This document shows, in pieces, positions 1-13,070 of a stretch of 64,000 nucleotides of DNA (position 1 is its first letter; each line of letters starts with the position of its first letter). The position numbers and the translations under genes are program-made. The notes under the pieces were generated by a model that saw only the letters and a list, made by a program, of their open reading frames with translations, was not told where the DNA came from and made no database searches. The stretch is from Psilocybe cubensis (lineage: Eukaryota), in contig CM039000.1 of the NCBI GenBank assembly GCA_017499595.2, positions 372,001 through 436,000 on the forward strand, in the 5' to 3' direction.

Positions 1-1467
1 GTCAAAAGCCAAGTGCGGCACCGGAGAATTGTACAGTAAGAGTACCTGCAGTTTGATCTGCACCAGACATTGATTCCACCGCGAAAAACAGTCCATGTCA
101 ACAAACACACCTCCAAATATACCAACGCGGCGATTGATTATACGTTTTTGTCGACACTGAACTCGTATTTAACTTACACATCCCCAGCTGACATTCAAAA
201 CCTGGATAAAGGCCATGAAAGCAACACGTAGGATCATGAAACTTCTCGACTCCGATTGAGACTTGTTGGTTGTCAGGACCTTTGTAACAGTATCGTTTGA
301 CTAACATGCCTGCACTGGGGCTTGAGGTATAAGTAATGGAACAACGACGAGCGAAACCAACAGCTTGAAAAACTACTTGTCAAGGCAATCAAGGGTATGA
401 GGGACGAATCAGGTCAAGCAGGTTGGGGTCAGGAGAAATTGGCATGGAGGGAGACGAGCAGCATGATAGCTGCTTGTTAACGCGTTGAGAAGGGTGAGGA
501 AGGCTTCGAATCTATATTCCAAAGTTCCCAAGTCAGGGTGCTAAGCCTCTAGCGAAAGTTGCGAGTCCACAATCTCGAGGTCTTTAAGCCTGGGCTTGCG
601 ACGATTGATGGAGGAAAGACGAGTAATAATCTTCCCTATGGTAAATTTTACACACGACGACTGAGGGTATCGGAGAATTCCTCAGGAAAATTAGATCCTG
701 CTAAAAGTTTTATAACTTGAATGGATGACAAACTGAAAATAACTTTTGTCAAAAGATCATCAGTATGCAAATGTAAGCCTGCCCCGCCTCAGACTTACCT
801 CTTTGACTGGTTATATCTAGACGCGTAGATGACGCTTTACCGCACACCTTCCCGCACCTTCGTTCCTTGTCTCTTACCCCACGGAACGAAGTTACGTAGT
901 TATACTCATTGCATCTATTGTACGGTCTCTTACCACTCGGAACAAAGACATTGTTGTCCTGTCTTTCCAGATTTCCTGAGTCCAACCTACTGCTAGTGAG
1001 GCTGCCTTTACCATGAGTTATCAGCCAAGAAAATGAATGATTGTTTTCACTTTTGATATACTACAAAGTAATCGCTTCTTAAAGTCCATTTTTAACATCT
1101 ACTTGCGATAAATTTAGATTAGGGGCCAGTTGGGGCTGGCACTGTCTTCGAAGAATAAAAGCTCAAAGAATCTCACAGTCAACAATTATCCAATGACGCA
1201 CGTTCTAGTGCCTAGAACGAGCCTTTCGGCCGGTTTAATGTAAAATTTGATCAAACAATTGACTTGTAAAGAACCCGAACGGCATCAATGTGTTATCACG
1301 ATGATATACTAATAGGTCACAATGGCGGGAATTCGGGGGGTACCTTGTATGACGATCAGATCAAGCCAAAAGCTTTGGGATTGCGTGAGGTTGCCAATCC
1401 TTTATCAAGGCCATCTTCCAAGTCATTGTTCATTCCCCCAAACCAACTTGGAACACCATCCAACACA

Positions 1468-2181
1468 ATGCCCGAAAGCACACACGTACCCAAGCTACGA
1501 CTCCACCATGGCTCCTCTGCAATGGCCATCGCTCAATTAGAAGCGACAGAATGCGCCAAAAAGTTGTCATACGAGCCTGTCACAATCCATGCTCATCCTG
1601 GTACCGACCTTTGGCGTAAACCACCTCACACAGACATCGACAACGCCCCTATCTGTCTAATTTCAGCCCCTATCGACCTACACAAGTTCCACACCGCGCG
1701 TGTCACCGTCAGCGCCAACTGGAGCTCTCTCTACGACCAGGGAGGGCTTGCTTTGTTCATTCCTGATGAAGATCTTACCAAGTGGGTCAAAACCGGCATC
1801 GAGTACGTCTGGGGGAAACCCTTCGTGGGCACCGTCGCCACGAGCCGATGGAGCGATTGGTCGCTCGTGCCTCTCCCTGAGAGCGCTGGAGGAAAAATCA
1901 CCATCCAGGTTGAACGCGAGACGAAGGGCAACGATAGAGTCGAGAGCTTGTGGGTGTACCTTGTCAACGATGAAACCGGGGAGAAATTGGGTATCAGGGA
2001 AATTACGTGGTTCTTCAGACACGATGTCGAGGGAGATGAGGCCGTCCAAGAGGATACGGGTAGAACGCTGCTCGTTGGTGTTTATGCTGCCCGACCCAAG
2101 GTACCTGAAGGAGAGGGGCGCGAGCATGAGGAATTGGAGGTCAAGCTTGAAGGGTTTGAAGTTACTCTATTCGACGACTAA
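1468..2181 (+). CDS. DUF1349 (Ree1-like, concanavalin-fold) protein
   Basis: Intronless ORF with TDLWRKP, YDQGGL, WVKTGIEY and VAT..WSDWS motifs typical of DUF1349. Start placed at ATG 1468; the ORF is open from 1288. Confidence 0.8.
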   Translation: MPESTHVPKLRLHHGSSAMAIAQLEATECAKKLSYEPVTIHAHPGTDLWRKPPHTDIDNAPICLISAPIDLHKFHTARVTVSANWSSLYDQGGLALFIPDEDLTKWVKTGIEYVWGKPFVGTVATSRWSDWSLVPLPESAGGKITIQVERETKGNDRVESLWVYLVNDETGEKLGIREITWFFRHDVEGDEAVQEDTGRTLLVGVYAARPKVPEGEGREHEELEVKLEGFEVTLFDD

Positions 2182-3248
2182 CCAAAATGGACTTTTAAAT
2201 GGTTATTTAACTGTGATGTAAACCTGTTTACGCTCTTGGAACAATGAACTGAATTTATCATAATCTTCTTCAGTCGTCTTATCCCAGAAGCAGTTGATTT
2301 GACCAAGTCTTTCAATCTCGCAATTAGTTCTGGTGTAGGTTACGGCCAACAATAATACAATATTTACCCCTCTGAACAGGACTAAAGGCGGGTGGAGACG
2401 CCTGTAACCTTCCAAGTACGTAGAGGAAGCACAGTATCAAGCACTCGCAAGTTTATGATCAGTGATTGTCCGACTCGGACAGAATCAGTAGATAAGTATC
2501 TAAAGCTACTATAGTATCTGGTAATCATACAAATTATACACATGGTGAATTCAATTTAGTTGGCAATATAATCTTCTGGTCCTACGCGTTATCTTTTATT
2601 GTATCCAGTCGATCTTCAGGTTGAATTAGGCGCCCATGAGGGCAGACTGAGAAGTTTACCGGCGGCACAGGTCATCGTCATCGGCCGTGACGTTAACGTT
2701 GTTGGCTAAACTACCTTGCAACGCAACTTTACCCTCCCCAATGTCACCTATAACCGCAGAAAGAGGTAACCAGTAATCGAGACAAACAGAATGACGGCTT
2801 TCTGTCTAACGGGACGATAAGGCACATAGAATTGGGAGGAATCCATGACCTCGGAAGCCGGCATACGCTTAACCGAATCGTGAAATATATTTTTTTCTCC
2901 CTGATCTCCCGAGGCACAATTTCGAGCTCAAACTTCAATGATCATCTCAACCACTACGACGCCCAACTTTTAATCCACGCTAGGATATATGGAACCAGAT
3001 TTTGCCAGCCTTAAAACGGAAAATCAACATCATGCGGTATATCGGTTGATATTGGGCCATGCACAACGATCTACAACGATACCTTGATTGTCATCTTGCA
3101 TCCCACGCAGCAGCCTGTCAGAATTAGACCAGAGTACTTGCTATATGCGAGGGAAACATCAAGAAATGGGGCATAAAATGAAAACTATCTAGTTTTGTCG
3201 CCTTTTGACTTTCGACGACAAAGCCTTGCTAACGCCCAGAACCAAAGG

Positions 3249-5665
3249 ATGTCCTCGAATTCACTTTATTTGTTGACTTCTGGACTTGCTCTGCGGCCTG
3301 CAGACCACTTTGGACGAGGATCAGTGGAAGTTACAAGCCCCGCGCCCGGGAATGGAGAGGGCGCAGTCCGCCGGCTCGCTGTTACCTCTACACAGCTACT
3401 CGAGCGCCCCCATCCATCTGTTTCCACCATCCCTGACGTGGTAGCGTACGCTGCTCGTACGTTCGGCACGAAATACAACGCTGTGGGATGGCGCGATACG
3501 ATCAAGGTACACGAAGAGATCCGCGAGGTCGTTAGCGTCGTCGACGGCGAGGAGGTCAAGCAGCAGAAAACATGGAAGCTGCTCGAGCTGAGCGACTACA
3601 AGTTCATGAATTTTATTCAGTTTGCAGAGTCGGTGAGCGAGGTGCGCAATGGGCTGCTGAGGCTTGGGATCACAAAGGACGACGTGGTCAATGTGTACTC
3701 GCAGACGAGGTACGTCGCATTGATCGCTATACCTTGACATCCGAACCCGATATCATGATGGCAGTGTAAATTGGCAGCTTGTTTCTCATGCGTGTGCTGC
3801 TATTTCGACGGCTATAGCGACGGCCTATGACACTTTGGGTGTGGATGGTTTGACCCACTCATTGAACGAGCCGGACTGTGTTGCGATATTCACCAATGCT
3901 GACCTCCTACCAACTCTTGCCCGCGTTATCCCCAACACCCCGAAACTAGAAGTGGTACTGTATGATGGAACAGCCAGCGTTGCGGTCCTAGCTCAACTGC
4001 AAACCGCGCGGCCCGACATCAAACTAATGCATCTCGACGAGCTGCGCGATCTGGGGCACAGCACCGATCAACAACTCATCACGGTCCTCGAGGAGCGCAA
4101 GCCGTCACCATCGACGCTCGCGTGCATCATGTACACCAGCGGCTCGACGGGACCTCCAAAGGGTGTATGCATTACGCACGCCAACCTAGTCGCGTCCATC
4201 AGCTCCGTCACGATCGTCTTCGGGCCCCATGTCCCCGCGGGAGACATCTACCTCGCATACCTGCCGCTCGCGCACGTCCTGGAGTATATCGTTGAGCTGT
4301 GTGCGATGTTTGTTGGCGTGACGAGCGGGTATGCGAGACCGAAGACGCTGACGGATGCAGGCGTGAAAGGATGTAGGGGAGATTTGATAGCGCTGAAGCC
4401 GCAGATTATGTTTGGGGTGCCTAGTGTTTGGGAGACGATCAGAAAGGGTGTGATAGGAAAGTTGAACGATGGTGGTGCGCTTAAAAAGGCGCTGTTCTAC
4501 GGTGCTCTGAACTCGAGGAGGAGGGGTACACCAGTACTTTCTGGACTAGGTGAGCGAATTGTGTTGAGCAAAGTCAGGGAGGCTACTGGAGGCAAGTTGA
4601 AGTTTGCAATGAACGGGGGCGCAGCAATAAGTAAAGAAACTCAAGAATTCTTGAGTGTTGCGATAATGCCCATGATGCAAGGTACGTACCATCCTTGTTA
4701 GAAGGTTAGAACATAATACATCTTTCTTAGGCTATGGGATGACGGAGTCTTGTGGAATGTGCACGCTTCTCCCACCCGAGTGCATCCAGTTTGGCACAGT
4801 TGGTCTCCCCGTGCCTTCAATTGAAATTAAACTTCTCGATGTTCCTCACCTGGGATATTTCTCCACAAATTCACCGCCTCAAGGAGAGGTCTGCATCCGC
4901 GGTCCTTCTGTTTTCAAGAGTTATTATAAACGCCCCGACCTTGATGCCGACGAGAGTATTTGGGCGCCAGACGGTTGGTTTAGGACAGGTGATGTAGGGA
5001 CCTGGAATGAGGATGGGACTTTGAGCTTGATAGACAGGTAAGTTGCCCATCCCCCACATCTTTCGGCACTCACTTGATGGCCCTTCGTAGAATAAAAAAT
5101 CTCGTCAAGATGCCAAATGGAGAGGTTAGTTCCTATAACACAGACAAAATTTTTATAAATTTTGCTTACATCGGCAATATAGTACATCGCCCTAGAGAAA
5201 TTAGAATCGTTATACAAATCCTGCGACTACGTCTCCAATATCTGCGTACACGTCATTCCAGGAGCCACGCACCCTGTAGCTGTACTATTCCCCCACGAAG
5301 TTAACCTCCGACATGCACTCTCGCTATCTCATGATCCTGCATTAGACCGTCTCAAGGGCGCGGACCTTCCCACTCTGTGCCAAGATCCTTATGTCCAACA
5401 CATCGTCTTGAAAGCCTGTAACGAAGTTGGTGCAAAGAACGGATTGAAAGGGTCAGAAGTTCTATGTGGAGTGGTGTTGACTCCCGACGAATGGACGCCC
5501 GAGACTGGGCTGGTTAGTGCCGCCATGAAGGTAAAGAGAGCGGTCATTGCAAGTACCTTTGCAAAGGAGATTGAGGTATGCCTTCGATTAATGTACGATA
5601 TTGCTCCGGTGGCTTCTAACACGTTCATCTGAAAGGTTGTCCATTCGTCTTTAGTTCGAGGTTGA
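3249..5665 (+). CDS. Long-chain fatty acyl-CoA synthetase (Faa1/Faa4-like)
   Basis: Six exons (introns ~3710-3764, 4682-4730, 5038-5090, 5125-5181, 5576-5635). Motifs: IMYTSGSTGPPKG, YLPLAHVLE, GYGMTE, GWFRTGDVG and IDRIKNLVK..GEYIALEKLE. Confidence 0.93.
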
Positions 5666-5829
5666 AACAAGGGAAGAACTTAGCATGTAAACATTGTAAA
5701 GTGATTTTGTATATTATTTATTTTTCGAATGAAGTTAGGCTCAATTCTCAGATTTAAGCGCCAGTTCGATCGGCTTTGAGATCCGCTTTAATGAATAATG
5801 CAACTATATATTTCCGAAGTCACACAAAC

Positions 5830-6703
5830 TAGTGCTGCCGCCACAGTGCAGTGCAGTGACAGTGCAGCGTATTTTTAGCAGTGTGACACGCTTCACAGTT
5901 ATCACAGTGTGCTGTGAAGTGCTGTGAAGTGTCCAATGACGTCACACATAATCACGCAGTTCCTCGCCCACATACCTAGCGCTTGTTACAGAAGATGGAT
6001 ATGTCCGATACTATTGTCTGATATTTTGTTACCTACAATTCAGAATTTATTTCTGAACATCATGTACCCTTGTTAGACGGTGAACGACCCATAAATGTAG
6101 GAGAAAAACTGTTATCATGCAATGGATCCGACAAGATCATGAGATTCTGGTAGAAAGGGTGATAAGATTAGATACACTCTGCAGATAAGATCAGATACGA
6201 AAACCAGTGTTTGCACATAAATAAAACCGCGTTTCGTAACACCTAAGCAACACTCTCAGGTCTCATTGTGAAAGCGTAGACACATCGCTACATGTTTTTA
6301 TTCAGTTTAAGTATAATATTACATTCTCGCCACCCAGATTGAGATGTTTCTTTCCAATTGCAGGAAGTTTTATCGAAATTGCACATTGTTGAGGGAAAAA
6401 AATCTATTTAAGCTTGTATCAAGCTTGTGTAGGTCACTTAAAAAGTAATCTAGAAGAGAATGTATGTTTCCAATTGTAATATTCCTTCATTCTAAGGTCA
6501 TACTAAGGCATAATGTTGAACAGAAAGGGCGGGAATTGCATAAATGTCCTCGCAACCATGGCTTGACGAAATAACATAAATTTACGGCACACTGTGCACA
6601 GTCTTCACAGTGACTGTGGTACGCTGTGCAGTGTGTCGGAGTGTGAAAAATCACAGTGCAGTCACAGTCACTGCACAGTGGCTGCGCTGTGGCGGCAGCA
6701 CTA
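5830..6703. mobile_element. Non-autonomous hAT-type DNA transposon (MITE), 874 bp
   Basis: 22-bp TIR TAGTGCTGCCGCCACAG(T/C)GCAG with 1 mismatch. Perfect 8-bp TSD ACACAAAC at 5822-5829 and 6704-6711. Many subterminal CACAGT repeats and an AT-rich non-coding core. Confidence 0.92.
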
Positions 6704-7276
6704 ACACAAACTCTCCTTGCTTCGGAACTTGAAACGAGATGCAATTTGCAAGATAGAAGGAACTCTGCTCTTTCTAACTCTTTCTAACTTTGTCCAATGT
6801 CTACAGGTGATCATTTATTCCTAGCTCTGCACAGAAACAATAATGCCTTTGCAACTTGCAAGCTTTTCGTTTGTCTGCTAGAGCCAAATGACGCAGTACC
6901 AGTATAGTGGTACATGTGCCATCACGGAGGTGTTCAACGTCAAATTCTAAAATTTCCCTAATCCCGACAAGGTTAGGAATAATTTCGTCAGTTCCTGCTG
7001 TCAAAATTTCGATCATACTTTTGCGCTCCCTGTTCCCCGCAGCCCCACAGTATCAAAAACAAAGGCATGTAATACAAGGAGCCCAAAATACAAAGCCATT
7101 TTAATACACCATAACAGTGAGCCATTACAAAGAAAACTCCAAACTTGTAAATTATTGAAAGCTTTCAAACGGCCTTGTTAGCAAGCCCTAAGGACCTTCC
7201 ATGAACGTTCCTAACAAAAATCGACCTCTTACTGGTCAAGAAACCAACGGAAATGTGGCGTTCTCTCATGTGACTG

Positions 7277-7301
7277 ACGCGTCGACCCTTTATCGACGCG
7301 T
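7277..7301. promoter_or_regulatory. Palindromic pair of ACGCGT (MCB-like) boxes upstream of the orphan ORF at 7574
   Basis: ACGCGTCGA-N7-TCGACGCGT perfect inverted repeat, with an additional ACGCGA near 7354. Function is inferred only. Confidence 0.35.
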
Positions 7302-7573
7302 TTCCGGCCATTGAGTTGAGCGGGCCGAAGGGTGTTTGTTTGTTGCAACAACGACGCGATCACCAGGCACAAATTAACAACAAGCCAAATTGAACTCGAA
7401 CCCAATTCTAGATTTTTATAAAGAGTGGGCTAGATAGCGCCGTTTCGCCTACTATCTCACCAATTTTCCCGTTCTCGATTTTTGGACGCTCTCGTGCTTA
7501 CTTGGTGCCCAGAATCGACCTCAACCTACGGGATTGAATCTGTGACCTGTGTTTTTCCAACTGATAACCTGCG

Positions 7574-8845
7574 ATGCGCTACCACCAGGCCCCTGTGTCT
7601 CTACGCTCCCCTAATTTCCTACTCGAACTCTCTGCGCAGCGATCCACACCTACTTGTTCACTGTCTCTCGCCAATATCTCTGCGTCCGGTAGCGCATCGT
7701 CGGATAGCTCATCGCAATCAGTTGAAATGCAAACAGACTCGTCCAGTATTCTGGTGGTGTCCGTCCAGTCGACGGACAATCGGTGTACTATTCCGTTTCC
7801 GAAGAGGCCACATTCTCGTCTTCGGAATACGTCGCCAAGATCGTCTGTTGCAGAAGGCACTTGTAATGTGGAAACCAACGAGGATGGGTCTCCTCAGGAC
7901 CAGGATCCCCCACGCAAACGAACACGCACATCGGCCCTTTCGACATCAACTAGAAGTCGACCCCGTCGCACTGCCTCACTCCACATTCGTAATAGTTCAA
8001 CATCAGCTACATCACCACGGTCAATTGCTCCACTTTCCATCTCCCCTCCGACTGCGTCGCTTTCCATCACCTTTCCCCTTGTAACTTCTTCATCACATGA
8101 TCCTGAACCGCAAAGCGAGCTAGTTCCATTTCCATCAATTTCATCTTCTATTTCTTGTGCTGCGTCCGAATCTGAGGTATATTCGGTGCCACCTTCCTCG
8201 TCTGCCACAGAATCAACGTCGTCATCATCGTCACCGACATTTTCTTTGCTGGCATGCCAAAGCACCAAATGGTACCGCAGGCGGACATCAATAGCTGAGA
8301 TGAGGACGTGTCTTTGCCTGTACAGAACTTTGGTATACGGTCTGGAGATCAGATACCATCAATACGGGCCTAGGCAATCAGCGACATTGTCTGAGGAAAA
8401 AGGTGATAAACACCGCTTTTACATTAACCCCTTTCATTGCTTATCAGTATCTTCAGCGACCTCATGTACGCGAAACCTAGTATCCCGGTCGTGTTTTGAT
8501 GTACAAGACGCGATTCTCGCTCAGCATTTAAAAAATTTCCTTTTGCTCCACGGAGCCGACGTGCACCATATGATTGTCAATGTCGAAGACATCGCTCGAG
8601 AGGGCATTCACGATGGCCATCATCCGTCGTGCTTTGACGGCGCGATGATTGTAGACACGGACTCCAGCAGCAGCGATACCTTTCTGCATCCACATTTATA
8701 CCCTTCTACACACCATTCCATTGTCTCGTATCAACAGCTGGTGGCTACCTTGCTTATGCGCCACACCTCGAGTCGTTCGCGATCAAAGGTGGATAGACAG
8801 CTGGGGAGACGTTCTCTGCTGGCGGAATGCATATCCGTGGACTGA
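7574..8845 (+). CDS. Hypothetical Ser/Thr-rich protein (423 aa)
   Basis: Long uninterrupted ORF with a low-complexity N-terminal half and a basic patch PRKRTR. No recognisable domain. Confidence 0.65.
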   Translation: MRYHQAPVSLRSPNFLLELSAQRSTPTCSLSLANISASGSASSDSSSQSVEMQTDSSSILVVSVQSTDNRCTIPFPKRPHSRLRNTSPRSSVAEGTCNVETNEDGSPQDQDPPRKRTRTSALSTSTRSRPRRTASLHIRNSSTSATSPRSIAPLSISPPTASLSITFPLVTSSSHDPEPQSELVPFPSISSSISCAASESEVYSVPPSSSATESTSSSSSPTFSLLACQSTKWYRRRTSIAEMRTCLCLYRTLVYGLEIRYHQYGPRQSATLSEEKGDKHRFYINPFHCLSVSSATSCTRNLVSRSCFDVQDAILAQHLKNFLLLHGADVHHMIVNVEDIAREGIHDGHHPSCFDGAMIVDTDSSSSDTFLHPHLYPSTHHSIVSYQQLVATLLMRHTSSRSRSKVDRQLGRRSLLAECISVD

Positions 8846-9176
8846 GCCGATGCTCGTCTTTTGTTCTTTTACTTTGCACGAAAACTCACGACACAAATTT
8901 ATTATGACATCCACACTCATTTTATCCCTAGTACACACTGTCATAACACAGCACATTTCCACATTCGTTTTAAGAATATAATCATAAATTTCTAACCTCA
9001 CATAGATAATTTACAAAGCTGCGAAACTAGGTATGAATACACAGAATTACAAGTTTACAATATAGCGTCCGACACATAACTAATGAACTTAGATGATCAC
9101 TTCGAAGCGCTAGGGAATGGAGTCAATGCTTCTTCATCTATATCATCCCCTCGCCCTTTGAATTCTTTCTCCTATA

Positions 9177-10687
9177 CTAGCGGTTAGCAATTTTCAACCG
9201 TACAACCCCAGCAAAGGAACGCACCTCCGCCACCCCTCTGGAAAACCTCGAGCGAGCAGGCGAGCCATCTCCCACGCGGGAATCCAACACATCATGCGCC
9301 GTCGAATCTCGGGTAATCTCTATATCCACAGCTATCTCCCGCGTTCTCGTCGTCTGGGATAGCGGGATGGGGATATGCACCTCGTGCGCGGTGGACGTCG
9401 CGTTGGCTGAGCCTATTACGATCCGGCTGTTGAAAGCGACCATCATCGAGTTGGCGTATATCTTGCCCAGAACGCTGATGCTCGCTTGGTAGTACGTCGG
9501 CCGCCCAGGGAGGAATGTGAGGATTAGTGTGATAATGGCTAGGATAGCTGGTGGTGGTCATGAGCATTGGTGAACAGCGTGCTACTGCATAAAGTTATAC
9601 CTGATATTGTCCCTGTTTCGACAGTCATTCGGATGATTTTGGTGAGGAGCGCGCTGGTTTTCTTAGTGACACTGTCTTGCTTCCATAGCTTTCGATAGGC
9701 AAAGTGAAATGAGCGGATGAAATATTTGGGGATTACGACTGAAAATATTCGTACATAATAAGTCATGCCGATGGCAATTACAACGTTACAAGCCGCACTT
9801 CCTCCTTCCCAGATCTAAGAGAAAAAAAGGTCAACTATGTTCTAAAACGGTCCTCGCAGACTCACTCCTGCTGTGATATACGAGTCCCTCTTCAAAAAAT
9901 GGCTAAAGAAAACAGCTTTCTTAGTGTCAACTCCATTTGCAATAGATCCCCCAAGCTGAAGAAGCGATAGCTGACACGTAGGGATAAGTAATAGAATCCA
10001 CCAAAACCGACGTAACTCCTACCAGCATGATCAGCCCTGCCAAATACATAGTTCGAGAATACACAGTAATACGATACGCGTAGAACACCTGCGCGATGAA
10101 AGCAACTGGAGGACGACATATCATTGACGGCACACCAAGATCTGCAAACACACAACGACGTACCTAGTCCACTCATGATGGGAACAGAGAACCATAGTGT
10201 GTCAACTTCATCTAAGACTGCGGGATTCCCGAACCCTGTAGCAAACGTTTTGAAGGCACTGCTTGTGAATAAAAACGTCTGTGCAGCCTCCAACAGGAAT
10301 GCGCCATAAACGAGTGTCTTGTGCGTTACACTGTCTTTGGGGAAAGCCAAATAATATACATCTGTAGAAAGAAATAGAAGCCAGTGGGATAAAAGTGGAT
10401 AGTTAGAATAAGAAGTCTTTTCTGGACTACCCGGCTGGAACGCTGAAGGGCCGAAAGAACTCACAGACTTGCATCGACAGGACACCGAACAGGCCCCAAT
10501 TCAGGATATAGCCGATAAGCTAGTCGATCATCGGTGAGAGATGGTTGGATTAACCTTCAATTTACGCAGACATACCAATGGGCCTGCACTGAGAGGTGAT
10601 AAGCCACGTAGAATTGAATGCAGGTAGCCAATAAACCACTCACAGTCTCCCAAGCTCGGCGGGGGTCAGTGGTGGAACATCAGACAT
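9177..10687 (-). CDS. DUF6534-type multi-pass (about 7 TM) membrane protein
   Basis: Multi-exon model MSDVPPLTPAELGRL..GYILNWGLFGVLSMQV..YYLAFPKD..QVFYAYRI..IIRMTVETG..LGKIYANSMMVAFNSR. These are family hallmark motifs. Confidence 0.85.
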
Positions 10688-11105
10688 CGCCAGCGATGAA
10701 ATACTAGTCACGATAAAGGGTATTCAATGCAGCAGAATGAAACGGCTATTGAACTGCGACGTCAACAGGATCTGAAGCTGGAAGGGTAAGGAAATGCTGG
10801 AAAAGAACAAGGTCTGAAAGCTCCAAAGCACAGCGCCCTAGAGGTGGTAAACCCACGTATCATCAGACAACTCTGTGATTGGTGTTGTCGCCATTCGAAC
10901 ATTGACATGGGTATATTTGTTGATTTAGGTTCTGTCATGGTTTCTCGGCTGCAGTGTATGGGAACTTGAAAGCTCCGACGCCGTAGCCGTGAGCGGATCA
11001 GTGCGGCGTAAAGACTTGACTTCGGTTTTAACTTGGTTTTAAGTGCTGGATCCTTGAAAGCATAAAGCGAACTCACAACAAAATATTACAAGAATAAATA
11101 AAATA

Positions 11106-12027
11106 TCATAATGAATAACCATTTACATTCAATCTGAATGCGTAAATTTTCCACTTTTGCATTTGAATGGTCATTTCTCTCTTCCCTTCCAAATGGAACC
11201 CAAGCTTCTTGTAGAGATTGATCGCAGGTTGCTGGTACGACGAGGTTGTGAGGTAGATGGTCTCAATTTGGTGCTCCCGCGCAAAATGCACGACCGTTTG
11301 TATCAGTTTCCGTCCGATGCCTTTATGGCGATAGCGGGGAGAAATAACTAGACGCCGAAGCTCAGCGCTTGTTTCGTCTTCGCTGCTGTAAGCGTCTATG
11401 TGAAGATGAACATCAGGGTTGGTACACCAATAATTCAGACATGACTTGCCTAATCCAACACATCCAACTATCACAGGGCGCTTCGCGTCTTCGACAACCT
11501 CAGCTACCCAAAAACCACTTCTCCAATTGCGAGAAGGAACGCCTTCACCGTCCGCTTTCTCGTCGACGACATCAAGCTTACAATAGTGCTTCCCGATGTC
11601 CGCCAAGTCCCCCGTGAGGCTTTTCTCGATATGACGGTCAAAGGCGGAGCGCAGCGAGAAGCGAGAGTAGCAGAATATCGAGGTTCCCAATATTGGTAGC
11701 ACAATGCCTGCGCTCCGAACTAGGCCATGCGTTAGAATTAGCAACGCAAGACCAAAGATAATTATCAAGTAAGAGGCCAGAGATATCGGTGTTGTGTATT
11801 GCTTTCGCATAGCCAGAGTAAAAGGGGATTCATCTATGATGTATTATTTCTTTGGTTGAATGCATTTGTGGAGTTTTAGGGACATTTATCGACGTACCCC
11901 CAACCAGAATATTCAGAAATATTTGTCTAGTTTCCTCGAAGTCTGAATTGCTGTACGGGCGAACATGAATCTGGGGCTCAGTTACAGTCCCTTTAACTTG
12001 CACAGACTGGATAGACTGGGATGACAT
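11106..12027 (-). CDS. GNAT-family N-acetyltransferase (NAT8/camello-like, with a hydrophobic insert)
   Basis: Motif A ELRRLVISPRYRHKGIGRKL and motif B LTTSSYQQPAINLYKKLGF. N-terminal exon with VRPY, intron ~11835-11895 and a probable GC-AG intron 11396-11449. Confidence 0.88.
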
Positions 12028-13070
12028 AGTAAAATGATTCTTTTGTTGTAGTATGAGTGTGTATAGGACGAAATAAAAGGTTTCATAACAGACATGTCAC
12101 CAATTGAGACAATGCACCTGTATGTTATCTATCATGTTATCTGCCTGGCAAAACCCGAGCTCACTCTTTCAGTTTTTTCACCATCAATTCCAGGGTAGAT
12201 TGGAGAACAAAAATGTGTTTAAGGATATAGAATGTGTGTATACATGCTACTGCTTTTAAATTTTGCACAAATGCTATCAAATCGGTAGAATCCCTCAATG
12301 TTATTTTCCTGCCGAGATGCCGCAACACAGCCACATATATTGTTGCCATTAAATCACTTCGGGGTTGCTAAATTGGGGAACCCCGAGGACTATATTCGAC
12401 AAAAATATGTGAAAGGAAAACATACGAGCGCCAACAGTCTGTAGTAAAATTTTTTAAAATGTTTTTACAAGTGACTGTGAAGCGTTTGTTTGGTTGTTCG
12501 GCTGGCCGTCTCCTAACTAAATAGCTTGTCGAGGTGATTGGGTTCGTCCAAAGGTTCCGGGCGAGATCCCATACTATCCTCTCCATCTCTTGTGCTCGGG
12601 TTATGTAGTGTAGCGTGTCATGCCACCCATTATTTGTGGGATCAGTCATCCTCTTTCCATGATGGTTGGCTTTGTTTCACTGTTCTAAGGTCGCATCCAT
12701 TTTCTCGAGGAATCCATATTTCTGGGGCAGTAACTTTGTTTCCCACCCATGCGCCCAATATTTTCGTTGCTTAGCCACCTTCGGACTTCAGTTAAGTCTA
12801 CTGTGTTAGGGCCTTCCTCCTATAATATATGCCAGTGGAATCTTATATCATTAACGTGAATCGAAACATTACTCGTGGGATGATGAAAATACAACCTATA
12901 ATTCTACAAAAAGAAAAAAAATACAATGAGACGACAAACACATGCTGGGAGTGATGAATCAATGCTCATAAATCAAAAAAAAAAGTGAAAACGGTGAAGC
13001 AGCATGGAAATATGGTTTCTAGAACGGAAAGTGGGAACACACTGGCCAAGTAATGTCCCGGAATCATAGA

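Noticed and set aside
98-985. Short minus-strand ORFs at the window start
   Set aside because: No recognisable product. They may be UTR or first exons of a gene outside the window.
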